From positions 1,354,452 through 1,418,451 of the forward strand of contig NW_002060952.1 in the NCBI RefSeq assembly GCF_000150275.1: a DNA stretch of 64,000 nt, written 5' to 3'. A model generated the notes under the pieces. The model saw only the letters and a program-made list of their open reading frames with translations, did no database searches and was not told the DNA's origin. Of this stretch, positions 1 to 13,000 are shown in pieces (position 1 is the stretch's first letter; each line of letters opens with the position of its first letter). A program made the translations under genes and the position numbers. This DNA comes from Trichoplax adhaerens. Lineage: Eukaryota; Animalia; Placozoa.

Positions 1-415
1 CTTGTTCAACAAAAGATTAATTCAAGTTTTCACGCTAGGAATTGTTGTTCAATTCGCGTTGGAAATGGATTTCTATCTCGATGCATTCAAGTGGCTGCTA
101 TAAAGTAGCTGAGTATCGAAATTTCATTAAGTGCGTTCTCCATAGGTCGGTGATTGTAGTGTTGAACATTAAAGTACTCATGGCATAGCATCATAAATGG
201 CATTCGTGAATAGACTTGTTGCAAGTATTGATTTGCCTCAAGGGCTTTCCAAAGTCACGCTAAAACTTACCTAAAATGAACGCTAATTAATTATCATTCC
301 ATACCTATTTGCTACTAGACAAGTCAAATTCTTATGTCTAAGTATAATGATTTATTCCTACCTAAGGGGAGCATGACAGGCGGTCAATATCGTATCATCA
401 TACTACCTCTAGATG

Positions 416-690
416 GGCTAATTTGGAGTTTTGACCCTAATTTAGACCATACACATCTTGTGCTATTCTATAGCGAACATTAAAGTTATTTATCCAAGGT
501 AACAGCAGCACGAGAGTAAATCAACGACTAACAAAATTCAGACAGTAGCCTATATTGGCTAATTTGGAGTTTTGACCCTAATTTATACCATACACATTTT
601 GTCCTTTTCCATAGTGGACATTAAAGTTATTTATCCAAGGTAACAGAAGTACGAGAGTAAATCAACGACTACTAAAATTTAGATAGTAGC
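416..690. repeat. Tandem duplication, two ~134-bp copies (period ~141 bp)
   Basis: GGCTAATTTGGAGTTTTGACCCTAATTT...CATTAAAGTTATTTATCCAAGGTAACAG...GAGAGTAAATCAACGACTA occurs at ~416-549 and ~557-690 with scattered substitutions. Confidence 0.9.
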
Positions 691-2530
691 ACTGCCTATA
701 GAAATCGATCGGGTATCATTGGGAACATGCAAATAATGTGCAATTTGGTTGCCAAGATACTGCAACAAATGACAAGGAATTCATCATTTTTTTACAAGCT
801 GTGGGTGGGTATTTGTTGAAGATAGTGTTAATTGGCAGCCCATGGACAGAATTCGGAATTATCCATTGATGAAAGTATCGATAATACAGACGTTAAATTG
901 TCATGATCCATTCGGAAATTGAATCTTGAATAGTTTACGTTACACCTACAGAATCATAAATAATTCATTCATGATGTTCTTGTAATAGCTTGTCAGTCCT
1001 GCTTGAAATTAGTTTAAATCAGGCCCATAAATAGCCTTGTAATTGTGTCAAGTTTGGTTAAAAGAGGTGCTGTATGATAACGATTCCATTTACTATTAAA
1101 TTGAGTATTGATATGGAGGATAAATATGTATAGTAGCAGTTATATCACTTAGTTCACTAGCCAGTAATTTGTGTCTTGCATTAGAAATCTTTTGATACAC
1201 AAGGTAATGCTACGTTATAAAAATAAAAATTGACACGTTCAAGTTAGCGATTGCTACCTTGGCTGCCAATGAGCACTCTTTATGGGCCGTCTTTCACTTT
1301 TCTATCCATGATTTCAATAATAATAATAACAAGGGCTTATAATGAATGTGCTGAACAAGTACAGTATGGTTTATCGTACGATAAGCATGTTAAATAATTA
1401 ATTAGAAGATAATTTAACCCTCATATTCGATTTTAAATGTTATCATAAAGTATTTTTATTTTCATTCCCTTACTTTGCTTTACTTGGCTGATTTTTTTTG
1501 ACATAACTTGCTTGAAAAGTTTCTAATTACGATTAATTAGAAGTAGGGTTGATTTGTTATCAAGTTGTTGCAATCAGTAATAGTATCATTTGCATTGACA
1601 ACCAATTAACGTTATTGCATATCTATAGGGCCACAAGAATAATGCATTACCGTTGTTGTCATTTATACTTTACTTGTAGAAAAAAGATCGATATTATCTG
1701 TAGAAAAGGATTTCTACTTTGCTTAAAGATAAAAAAGGCCGTTGGTATCTGTAGAAAGTCATTTTTTCTATTTTGTCCATTCATTTCTCATAGTAAAATA
1801 AAGCAAAATGTCGATACGGGACAAACTAGCAATTGTAGAGAAAGCTGAAATACATCACGTACTACTGCTGACTTCCAATGGACTGTTTGCCTTTTTTGTA
1901 GTCTCCTACAGTACTACTGTCTCTTTTTTTTCGTGATGCTACTAAATATGTCAATTAGCTTGTTTGTCTGCGATAGTTGGTAACTACTGCATGTCAATGA
2001 TGTTCTTTGGATTTAAAAGTCGTTCCTTTGACTAAATTAACAATAACTGTTTGTTAAGATGTTATTGTTATTGGAAAGTTAAAATTAAAGATTGAACTCA
2101 TTTTCTTTTCCTATAATTACTTTCTCTAGATAAATAATAACATCACTGTTATTGGGACCAACAATAGGCGTGTTAGAAAGTATTTTTTTTTCCATTCTCA
2201 ATTCTCTCTATTCATATGCCACCTCTAGACAACTTGAGTATATTATCGTTATTCTGACGTTTCAATATCATTTTCCATTTAACTTCTTAATGCATGCTAG
2301 ACGTCTTCCGAGTTGCGTTCATGCTTATTGTCATTCGATACAATTTGGTTATACTATATTTGAATAACTAAAAAAGAAGGAAAATTACAATTTGAAGAGA
2401 AAATCAAAAGATATTGCTGTAAAATTGGAAGAAGGAGAATATTGTTTGTCGACGTTGACTTTTTATCATCGTTATCAGTTACAGTCCTGCATACTTTATA
2501 TTATTGCTCGTTTACTGGCTATACATAATT

Positions 2531-5500
2531 ATGAATAATACTAATCGTCATATCATCACCAAAGAACGATCATTTTCTGCCTCCAGTGTACCGCATCGAG
2601 CTGATGATAATCATGACAACAATCATGATCGTCAAGATAGAGGAGGAACTCACGTCCACATCGATTCGTCAACTGATGAAAAATTTACCGATAAACTATC
2701 AAATCATCGTGTGCCGGAGTTCGAAGGTGATGAAGTGGAAGTTTGGTTAGATTATCATCCTGATTTCTTACAGTCCTACTTGAATCGTAAATCAAGCAAA
2801 ATAATTTTGGAAGATTTGATTAAACAAAATCACATTTTAAGTGATTCCCTAGGTGATACACCTGACGGTTCACCGTGTGGTTCATCTTGTAGTACACCAA
2901 TTCAACGATTTTATCATTATGACAGTGAACGTAAATCAACTGGAACATTAAATAAAATTGTAACTACAGTCGATGGACAGCCTAGCTTTATTAATTACCG
3001 CGATAGATCTAGAACTATGCCAACATTAAGACCACCAAGAAAGACAAGAAAAGAGCTAATGTTATTAAATGAGAAAGAATTGCTACTGGAATTAGTCAAA
3101 GATATTGCCAACGATTTAGATGTTACGTCATTATGTCATAAAATTTTACAAAATGTTAGTATATTGGTCAATGCTGATCGCTGCTCTCTATTTCTTGTCC
3201 GTGGTCGCGGCATAGATAGATACTTAGAAGCTAAAGTGTTCGACGTAAACTGTGATTCAAGAGTAGATATTTTCGAGAAGAGAACACCTATACGTGTTCC
3301 ATGGGGTTCAGGCATCGTTGGCTATACTGCTAAAACTGGCGAAATTTTAAACATCCCTGATGCTTACAAGGTATATCCTGTAACGATTTGCAGCTGTCTC
3401 TCATTAAATGATTGCAGCTTTTGTCATACTGTATTCTGTTGTAGTCATTGTGTGCAGGAATAGTATACTAATTGTTGATATACAAACAATAATTTTAACG
3501 TGATATTCTGCTGATTGCGAAGTTACTTAGCATCTCTTATCATACAGTAAGATATTCAAAAATTTGAATTGTTTACGGCAAGGCTATGCAGAGTGCTTTG
3601 CCCTTATACACTTCATATTGATTTTTAAGATTAGCATTATCTGGTTCGATTTTTTAACTATTGATTGTTCTTTCTTTTCATAATCCATAAGCTAACTTAT
3701 CTTTGTTGCTGTCTATCATATCTGACTTTAGGACCCACGTTTTAATAAAGGCATTGATGTCGAAACGGGATACAGAACACGAAGTATATTATGTGTACCC
3801 ATAGCCAATAACTATAATGAAATCATTGGAGTTGCGCAAGTTATCAACAAAATGACAAATAGAGAAGATCATTTCACCAAAAGAGATGAACAGGTAATGC
3901 ACTACTGTCATGGTAACCTTGGTAAAAAAGCGGTAGCATTTATTTTAGAAATTCTACTGTCGTGATGACGTTTTATTGACTGCGTCAACAGATTCTGTTG
4001 GTATATTTGATTTTAGTAGGCATTTCTATAACACTTTAAATACAATTATAAAGTTGAACACTGCACTGATGTATTTGTTAATTTAAACGGTAATAATGAA
4101 TGCTGGGTCAATTTCATTTCTCTTACTATTAAGAATGAAGTATGATATCTTATGTTTATCATGCAATCAGTTTGAGCCCACCTTAATCTTTATCCACTTC
4201 TAATTACTTAACACTGTACTAGTAATAAAGTCCTTATAGTGGCTCTCACCGTAATGATATCCTTTGTTAGTGTCTTTCATAGCACAAACATTCTATCTTG
4301 GTTTTTATAGATCTTTAGTACATATTTAACATTTTGTGCTATTGGTATTCAAAATGCCGAATTATTTGAAAAAAATGCTATGGAGATGAGAAGAAATCAA
4401 GTATGTTTGTAACGCTGTTTAATATCAAACAATAGGAAAATTGAAAGGTAGTTTACGATTTTTTGTTTCAATCATTTTGTTTAATTTATGTCCTTGATAC
4501 ATTTCCGCAGGTATTACTAGAGTTAGCAAGAATCATATTTGAGGAGCAAAGTACTTTACCGAATATGGTTCATCAAATATTGATCCAAACTAAGTCATTA
4601 TTTTCATGCGAATACTGCTCGGTTCTAATGTTGAACAGTTCCGGCAAGGTACAACTTAACTGTACACGTAAATTTACACGTGCATGCAGTGTAAATGCAT
4701 CTGGATTAGATAATTTTAGTTTATCAGACGTAGAAATATATTATTGTTCAATTTCAGTCTGCGCTCGCTGTGATCAAGTTATAAGCACTAAATGTCTAAT
4801 ATTTGAAATTATTGGTAGTCTGTAACGAATACATATATTGACTTACATTACCAGGATTTTAGTCAAACCTTTGATACTGAATCGACTGCAGTAGCTGCTA
4901 ATGGAGATAAAGCTGGCGATAGGTTTGTATAATTAGACTATTTCAGTACTAGTTAATGAAAGCAAACATTGAAATTACGTATAATTCGATAATTTATTTT
5001 CTAGTAATAATGATGTAATTACATACTGCAATTTCTAATATTATAGTTCCTCTACAATTCGCCATCTGAATTATGGTATTACACATTATGTTGCTTCCAC
5101 AGGCGAGGTATCTTGATCACAATATTTGTGACATATATAATACTAATGATGTGCTAGAGTAATTGTATTACAAAACAACTTTGAAATTTTTTTTAATTAC
5201 TATTATGATTTTGAGCTCAAATTTTCTTGATTAGTAATAGTTATATAGCTACACTATTGCCTAGTTTTAAATTTTTGTAGTTATCATACCAAGTTTTATT
5301 GCTATTTGGTAAGTATAGATATTAAATACTGAGTATGAATCAGGAATGTTAATCAATGTTATTCGTTTCTGATCACAATAACCTTTGAAATGGAGATAGA
5401 GGGCTAGTTAAAAGAGCTAAAAAATGTATAGATGTATCTTAACGGCTTTTATTTCTTCGAACTTGAAGATGTTGAATATTCGTGATGTTAGTACTGACGA

Positions 5501-8500
5501 AAGATTCGACCCAAGCGTAAGTTCGTTATAGTTTTTCCGATCCTCATCAATTAATCTGCTTGATATTGATTTTCTGTACTTGTTGGTAGCACTTAGCTTT
5601 GAAATTGTCATTATTGCGACTACATAACTTTTTGCCTAATAAGATATTTACTACCAGCAGTGACAAGTAGTCAGTTGTTTACTTGAATATTGTACTATAT
5701 TTTCTCTAATAGCTATTAAAATCGAATCAATTGTCAAATGGCAAATCTTTTGATCTAATCTTAATTCGGTGATTTTACAGGAAGATATTGCTACCGGTTT
5801 CAAAACTAAAACAATATTATGTGCTCCAATTAGAACAAACCAGCGATTATTAGGTGAGAATATGAAACTAAGCAGTCTTTACTGATGAAATGTATTTGAG
5901 TATCTTTGATTAGAAATAATAACAATTTCAGATTTTCACTAGTTTGTACCAAATTATTTTATACACTTAAAGGAGCAATGCAGCTAATTAATAAAAGCAA
6001 TGGCAGTAATTATTTCGAAATCGAAGACGAAAACCTTTTTGAAGTATATAAATTCTTAGGATTTCAAACTTCTTACTATCAAAATTTTTTATTTTGCTTA
6101 TTAACTTTATTTGCCTATTACATTCAAGGCCTTTGCAATTTACGTTGGCATTGCAATATACAACTCCAAAATGTATGATGACGTATGTAAAGCAATGGCG
6201 AAGCAAGCTGTTGCCTTGGAAGTAAGACTTACTTGCCTTTTTTAAATCCGTTAAAGTTAATGAATAATTTAATAGTATAGAGATTATTTAAAATCATTTA
6301 CTGGATCTGAAAAAAAATCTTTCTGTGATAGGTACTATCGTACCATGCAACTGCCTCTACTAATGAAGCTATAGCCCTTGCTGTAAGTCATTATAATATC
6401 ATGGAATAATTCTGTGATGTGAACTAAGTAAAGTAAACTCTGTTAAGCATCCCGTTGTTGCATCTCCTTGCTGTTTTATAATAGACGGAGCCTATTCCAC
6501 CGCCTGTAAATTATCAATTGCGTGAACTATCCTTTGATGATATGACATTGTCCGATTATGAAACTGTGAAGGCAACGTTAAGTATGTTTAGAGATCTGCA
6601 GTTCACGACTAAAGGAGCAATGGATTATCAGGTAATGCTGTAATGTAATGTTATACATAAGTAAATATCATGTTCTAGCACGTATCATGCACTATGAGGT
6701 ATACCTTAACAGATTTTATTCTTATCTTGCAGACTCTTTGTAGATGGACGTTGAGCATTAAAAAGAACTATCGCAATGTCGCTTATCATAACTGGCGCCA
6801 TGCATTTAATGTCGCGCAGACTATGTACCGTATTTTTCAGGTGATTTACTATTTTAAGAGAAGACATCTGCATGAAACACTTACTGAGGTTATGTTCATA
6901 TAGTAGATCGGTTATCGTAATATAGCTAAGGCATAATTATCCTTTCAGGCGAAAGAGTTCGGCGGTCTTCTCAATGACTTGGAGAAATTGTCGTTGTTAG
7001 TAGCCTGTCTTTGCCATGATTTAGATCATAGGGGCACGAACAATGCGTTTCAATTGAAGTATGATTTTCGCACTTTATGTTCGCTTATACAGTGTTTAAA
7101 CTATATTCTTTCTTAATTACCTTCCTTTGGTTCAACTTAACCATTACTCAAAGTTGTGTCATTCGATGCAGCCTATGGAATAAAATTGCAGATATTTGAA
7201 AGTCGACCATCATTATTCTTTTGTTTAGAACTCAATCAGCATTAGCACATTTATACAGTACTTCAACTATGGAACATCATCACTTTGATCATTGTATTAT
7301 GATCCTTAATAGCGAGGTATATGGTAAATTAATGGATGATCTGATTTGGATTGTTATAGAGAGAGCTTTATATTAATTCTTTTTCATTCTTGTTCTTAAT
7401 TTGAAGGGCAATAACATCTTTGCACAGTTAACGCCATCACAGTACAGCTCAGTGGTCAAAATGTTAGAACATGCTATATTAGCAACGGATTTGGCCTTAC
7501 ATTTTAGGTAGACTCTTAGTTTTAACTTTAAAATTAACAAGAAATTTAATACTATATTTAGATATACAAGTGTAAAAATTAATACGCTTTTTATATGACG
7601 TTTCTAGGCATCGTAAAGAATTTATTAGTAAGATAGCAAGTCGCTCCACTGATTGGTCAGATCCAAATAATAGGATGCTATTAAGGTGATTATTATGATT
7701 GATTAATCTTATCCTGCCACGTCTTCTGTATATTGTGGCATAGCCGCGGTTTTACTTTGTCTGCGTTTATTAAATGGTTAAGAAACTGTTTATAATAAGA
7801 TTTCGAATCATGAGTTACTATAGAGTAAATATATAATGGTCATAATCCAATTCCTTAGACAATAATGCTTACCTATGTATAACTTATTGGGTTTTATACA
7901 GAGCAATGATGATGACAGCGTGCGATTTAGCTGCTATAACGAAGCCTTGGGAAGTTGAGCAGAGGGTATGGACTGTAGAAGTTATTCATGAATTTATTTG
8001 AAAATTATAATGTACTTTATTATAATAAAGCTTATTTCCTATGTAGGTTGCAGAACTTGTTACAAATGAATATTTTGAACAGGGTGATTTAGAGAGAGAA
8101 CAACTAAATGTTACCCCTTCTGTAAGTTATAATATTATCAATTATGATTTACTCGTAGAAGGAGGAAGTGATAATTACATTGTCTTGTTATTATAACAGG
8201 ACTTGATGAATCGTGACCGCAAAGATCGTTTACCACAGATGCAAGTAGATTTTATTGATTCTATATGTGACGAATTATATAAGGTTCGTGAAAAATACAC
8301 AAATACTGTAGAGTTGATCCTAAATGTGATTCCTGCTTCATGACTAATACGATTGCACTGCAATATAGACCATAGATCAATTTTGCCGCATCTTATTTAT
8401 TATATATTGTAGGCCTTCGCTGATATTTCTCCGTCATTGCGCCCGATGTACGATCGCTTAATGGATAATCGTCGTGAATGGACTAATTTAATGTCACTTA

Positions 8501-8517
8501 GTGATAAAGACAATTAA
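2531..8517 (+). CDS. GAF-GAF cyclic nucleotide phosphodiesterase, PDE5/6/11 clade (multi-exon, ~20 exons)
   Basis: Exon 1 is 2531-3370 ([19 protein letters not shown]; [27 protein letters not shown]...[20 protein letters not shown]). Exon 2 starts at 3732 ([24 protein letters not shown]...INK...F..RDE). GAF-B exons lie at 4511-6220. Catalytic motifs are [12 protein letters not shown] (~6780-6820), [14 protein letters not shown] (~7010-7055), [36 protein letters not shown] and [11 protein letters not shown]. Stop TAA at 8515-8517; GT-AG junctions keep frame. Confidence 0.93.
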
Positions 8518-8538
8518 AATTGTTTTAAAACCGGACAA

Positions 8539-8566
8539 AATTAATTAATTAATTAATTAATTAATT
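8539..8566. repeat. (AATT)n palindromic microsatellite just after the PDE stop codon
   Basis: AATTAATTAATTAATTAATTAATTAATT read directly. Confidence 0.85.
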
Positions 8567-10092
8567 ATATAGTCAATTAATCAGATTATTATCATAGATA
8601 AAAACGGAAAAATTTAGCGTCAGGCAATTTTTTTATCAGATTTCGTGTCTATTTCAATAATCGAATGTTATTTAACTCGAATACTGGATCTTTAATTGCT
8701 TAAAGTTCTGTAATGGAGCTACTCATACTGATTATACGAGTTTTATTACTTATTCTTTAATGTTCCTTAGAACATAATCATGATACTCAGCTTTAAGGCA
8801 ATTTGCAGTTATCTACTACTAGTACGCCTTCATAAAGCTGTCAATTTGGATATAGCCCGATTTTTAATGACAACAAAAAAGCAGTATTGCTATAACCTGT
8901 GTTATAGTATGTTATTTCAACGTGATCAATTATATGTATCAGTATTAAAAAAATTTATAAATTGCTTTTGAACGTATACGAATTTGAAATATTAAGGAAA
9001 AATACAATATCAATGCACTGTGCTGTGCTGTAGCTTTGACCGAATGTCAATACGTTACCATGATTTACTATTACTAAACCAGTAAAAAAATTGATAGTAG
9101 TTTTCTTGTTTACTTCCTGCCGACTTTAGCAAATCTCTATTTATGTTAAAATTTGTAGATCGTAATTGTTGACAATTATGCACTTAAAATTATAAATATA
9201 GACAGCGAGCGTCCATAATGTAAAGTATCTTTACGTATGAATAGAGCCATACTTGTTTATAGCATAGCAATAAATGCAGATCACTAGGGCCAATTTACTA
9301 GTTTTAATCACCTAGCTCGAAATTTCTACATCAACCGGATCGCATGCAGTGTTTGAAGTTGACCATGGATTTAAAGAAGTGGTACAGTAAAATTACTGTC
9401 TAGCATGCAGGTGTAAAAATAACATTATTATTTAAGCTTAATATGTATTTAATTTTAAAGTTAATCATTTACAGTTTCACTTAGTAGTAATTATCGTCGT
9501 TTACAATATGACATCAGTGTTTTCCATTTTTAATCGATATAAAATCTCTTGCCACAGCTTCATCTTTCAAAGCTTTATAAACGTTTTCAACAGATTTGTT
9601 ATTGGCAACATGAATGGCCTATCAACCACTACACTGCAGTATCAATTTGACAGTTTAAAATATGTATCTTTTTCTATGATAAGATGCCTCATTGATACCT
9701 TCATCAAATAGATTCATTTATATAAAGTACATATGTCTTAAAGTATTTACGTACGTAGTTGTGTAAAATATGCGTAGGATAAAATAAAGTATTTAGATAG
9801 TTACTAGTCAAATTGCATGAATATGATACTCATTATCAAGTATAATAATAATACTTAACAAAAATTCTATTCCATGAAACAATATTGAAAGTAATACCTA
9901 TAATATCCGATAAGTTTAATGTCATGTGATCTCTAATACTGAACCAATCAAGTTACATTAATTCACTCTTTCCTTATCCACTATTCGATTATATGATTAA
10001 TAATATTCCAAAAATATCGAATTGTGGCTTTATATTAGTTTTCTAACGCAACGGCTAGATTTTGGTTTCAAGCATTGATCACAGTCCCTTCA

Positions 10093-13000
10093 CTATTCCA
10101 GTAGTTCACGTATTTGCTTATGCAAAAAACAGAGATAATCCACGTAAGAGGGATGATTACGGTTACGATCTTCCACAAGGAAATAATTAAACCATGGTTC
10201 CATTCTATCTTCCTCTTTGACAATAATTAGCTACAGTATATAAATGATTGAGTATCATGCACAGTCAATAATAGATAAATATACTGTATATAGTTCGGTT
10301 TGATTCACAAATCATATACGCTTGCTACTACAAAGTAAATTATATACCTTCAAACAGCGATCCTTTCTTGCTTGTATCTGTCCCATGATGTGGTGAATTT
10401 GTTCAGACAATGGATTATCTAACTTTATTATTGTATTCTAAGAGTAAAAAAACAATGTGTTCAGGTAAGTATTCTATTTGAAAAGGAACTAGGAAAATGC
10501 AGTCTAAAAAGCATACGATGGATTCCGGCTGCAACTCAGCAAAAGAAGGAATTCCAAAGACATTCATAAGCCAATTCGTGTCGATTTTACTACCAATCCA
10601 CAAAAATAGCACTAGCCCATTGTCTAAAATAATTGTTTTTAAATGATTTAGCTGGCATGTATAGATTATGAAAAATAAATCTACTTAATACTAACCTAAG
10701 AAGTATGCACCATTCTTTTCCAGTTTATCTCGAGTACAACGGATAGGAGAGGGCTCGTTGCTGCTCTCTAAGTTTAAGTTGTGCTACATGATCAAAATAA
10801 TTTGTTGATTATAAACGTGAAACTATTACAAGGGCTCTCATAAATCGACAGTACCAATGGCAGAACACGAGGATATAAGGACGTCAATAGAGATTCCAAT
10901 TTCATACTATTCATTAAATGTCGTAGCCAACTTTTATCATCAATCGAGATCTCCACCCCTTAGATTAAATAAATCGTATTACGCTTACAGATACGAGTAA
11001 CAGCGTCATTTAGGACAATTTTCTTACCTCTCATTAAGTCACTATTTAGAAAGCTATTGATAAAAACTGGCAAAAGCTTCAAGCATTCTGGTAAAATTAA
11101 CTGCGTATAATAAATTACAAATTTTAGGTTCGAAGAGTTTCGCTTAAGTAGTAAAGATATCCTTGCAACTTTGCAAATAGATATACCTGGCCAGGAGGCG
11201 ATCCTGTTGAACAGTGCTTCCTATATGAGGCTAAAGCTTGTGCACATTGTGACGTTATTTCTTCTCTGATATTCTTTGGAGAATTTAATGGCAGATTGTA
11301 GGCGGCTGATCAATGTAAATCATTCGTTAAAAGTCAATATTTGCTAGCACAACTTTAGTTAGCTCTATGATTACGATTACAATTAACTTGTAACTTTTAA
11401 CAGAAATTATTTTACCTATCTTCGTGAAAGTACTGAGAACAGTTTCTAGGTCACAACTTTTATAGACGTCTTGCACTGTAGCTCCAACGGAAAATGAAAT
11501 ATTGTGTATCCTTAGCCTTCTTTCACCGTTAATGCTGGTATATAAGAGAGCAACCTGTGGACGACAAGTATAGTAATTAATACAAGTATCCACGACATAA
11601 TTAAGAACATTGATATTCTTAAAGTGGATAAGAAAATAGTGGTGAAACAATATTTCCTTTAGTAAGATTTTAGAAGCATCTTAAAGAATTAAGGAGCCGA
11701 AAATTAACCTGCAAATGTACAAGACGGTTCTCTTCCAGTTTGTCGTCATGCTTTATTATTATGTTGAAAGACTATAAAAGTAAGACCGTCGAGCAGTTTC
11801 TTAATTTTAGTGTTTGGCATGAAATATAGTAATGCACCTTTAAACATGATACTAATCTACCTTGCTAGAATCTACAGTAGCCAATTCGATATCTGTCACG
11901 TTTTCCATATGAAAATTTCCATAGAAATCTGTTGGACGGATGCCTAATTGGTAAAAGTCATCATGATTAACAACTCATTTGTCCTTCGATACAGTCAACT
12001 GGCGAATCTAAACTTGCCTGCACTCGTTCGCAATCTCATTATCGCATCAAAGCCAACAGCACGGTTAAGGTTTGCTGAGAGGTCTGAACAAAATCGTGCA
12101 CCATCTTGAGCAGCCTAAAAATTGGCCAATACATTATAAAGATTAACATTCTGGTACAAGTTAAAATTTCAGAAACCACGTATGCATCGCACCTTGAAAT
12201 GACTGTATTTGTATATCGAACCACCAGTAACAGAACTGAGACATCCGATTGTGGCAACATCAGTGTATCCATTAGGAAACAGAAATAGGTCTACACCAAC
12301 ACCATGCTTTACGCATTCTTTAGCCAAATTCTTGTAGAAAGGAATTTGTGGCTGAAGTAAATTCTATAAGGGCAAGAGTCATTTAGATAGAGTATTTGCA
12401 ACAGTTGCAGTAACGATGTCGTCGCATTAACGAGGCTTACTTTTTCCTTATCAGTTCCCAACGATTTCCGATCATCTCTATTCTTTAATCTACCCGGTGC
12501 TTCTGCGGTGGGTAATGAGGTATTAAATAGAAAGACTTTACCACAGCGTTCCGCTTCCTTTATTCCATAATTAAAAGAAACTGATAAGAAAAATAAGCTA
12601 TATCAAAAATGATACAAGTAAAAAGAACAACCTTTAAGGCAAGGAAGCCAGCTTTCACCGCTTGCCCAAGGACTGTTTCTGTATGACGAGAATTTTGAAA
12701 CATTGCCGGTATTTGCTCTGCCACGCTATAGATAAATCGAATGGATTATTTGGATGTGCATTTTCTTCAATAAGTCTACTAACGTTGCTAGCAATTCGTA
12801 TGAGAATCTAACCTTTGCAACATTGACTTGGCTTCCGCAGGTTTTACAAAGAATCCGTCAAGGAGCGGTATGAAAACATCCTCTGTGTCAGCTACCACGA
12901 GCATCTGGGGTGTAACTAGACTATCCTAGAATAAAGAAGTTCGACGAGAATATTTACAAATCGCTAGCAATAACTTAAACAGAAAAAAGACTCACTTTTA

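Noticed and set aside
3371-3380. Possible U12-type donors (GTATATCCT at 3371, GTATCTT at ~5108, GTATCT at ~32487)
   Set aside because: None matches RTATCCTT and no clear TCCTTAAC branch site was identified; treated as U2 introns.
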